A DNA stretch of 32,000 nt from Haloferax volcanii DS2 (GTDB lineage: Archaea; Halobacteriota; Halobacteria; Halobacteriales; Haloferacaceae), in contig NC_013967.1 in NCBI RefSeq assembly GCF_000025685.1, positions 990,001 through 1,022,000 on the forward strand. The letters are read 5' to 3'. The notes beneath the pieces are model-generated. The model searched no databases. It was given only the letters and a program-made list of their open reading frames with translations, and was not told where the DNA came from. The translations under genes were made by a program, and so were the position numbers. This document shows, piece after piece, positions 31,659 through 32,000 of this stretch (positions are counted from its first letter, which is position 1; every line of letters begins with the position of its first letter).

Positions 31659-32000
31659 TTTCCATCAGCAAGCTCCTCTGCGGGCAGGGAGCCGAGGGCG
31701 ACGGTCTCCGCTACGACGACCCCGACGCCGACATCGAGCAGATACGCGAGGAGAAACAGAAACGTCCGGTCGTCGTCTGGAACACGACGCGGCGCTGTAA
31801 CCTCTACTGCGAACACTGCTACGCCGGGGCCGACCTCGACCCCGCGCAGGGCGAACTCTCGACCGCCGAGGCGAAGGGCCTCATCGACGACCTCGCGGCC
31901 TACGACGTGCCGGTGCTCCTGTTTTCGGGGGGCGAACCGCTCGTCCGCGAGGACCTCGTCGAACTCGTCGATTACGCGACCGACGCCGGCATCCGGGCGG
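31655..32000 (+). CDS. radical SAM enzyme, NirJ/AhbC/AhbD-like, N-terminal 115 codons (continues past the right edge)
   Basis: Absent from the track because there is no stop in the window. My translation is (V/M)ISISKLLCGQGAEGDGLRYDDPDADIEQIREEKQKRPVVVWNTTRRCNLYCEHCYAGADL...LLFSGGEPLVRED. It has the CX3CX2C cluster motif and the GGEP SAM-binding motif. Confidence 0.85.
   Translation, partial: MISISKLLCGQGAEGDGLRYDDPDADIEQIREEKQKRPVVVWNTTRRCNLYCEHCYAGADLDPAQGELSTAEAKGLIDDLAAYDVPVLLFSGGEPLVREDLVELVDYATDAGIRA

Noticed and set aside
1-32000. Search by eye for tRNA, rRNA, RNase P/SRP RNA, CRISPR repeats and defence-system hallmarks (Cas, restriction-modification, abortive-infection ATPases)
   Set aside because: I saw no regularly spaced 25-40-bp repeats, no tRNA-like T-arm (GTTCGAATC-type) in the intergenic gaps, and no ORF with the relevant motifs. 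A covariance-model scan (tRNAscan-SE, Infernal/Rfam) would be needed to exclude small RNAs formally.

Overview
This is a 32-kb, high-GC haloarchaeal chromosome segment. The evidence is very acidic proteins, PGF-CTERM sorting signals, a CetZ tubulin, a halocyanin, and TATA-like boxes about 30 nt upstream of start codons. The proteasome alpha subunit reads like the Haloferax alpha-1 protein as I remember it; I could not verify that here. Most of the window is tightly packed housekeeping: divergent purB and a purN-purH fusion, a GGGPS-family prenyltransferase, a Usp, a FolC-FolP fusion, and an NRDE/TANGO2-like protein with a small wHTH. It also holds an rnp3-methyltransferase-rnp2-psmA operon, a six-gene dapA-dapB-dapD-lysA-dapF-dapE operon, srp19-gar1-presenilin, a BtuFCD-like importer, cetZ and an Rlp PIN protein. 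The only clearly accessory DNA is a low-GC islet of about 2.3 kb (19.26-21.6 kb). There, an intact IS4-family element with a target-site duplication has split an orphan ORF, and the frame is restored exactly on in-silico excision. The right end (29.0-32.0 kb) is a regulator-rich patch: an ArsR-like wHTH coupled to a 67-aa partner, a Cys-rich HTH_10 regulator, a 44-aa zinc-ribbon protein and a halocyanin. It ends in a PaaB-fold small acidic protein translationally coupled to a NirJ/AhbD-like radical SAM enzyme. That pair is my best candidate for an uncharacterised system. I recognised no rRNA, tRNA or CRISPR array. Many long ORFs in the track are antisense or out-of-frame artefacts of the high GC content. 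All calls come from reading the translations by eye; no searches were run.
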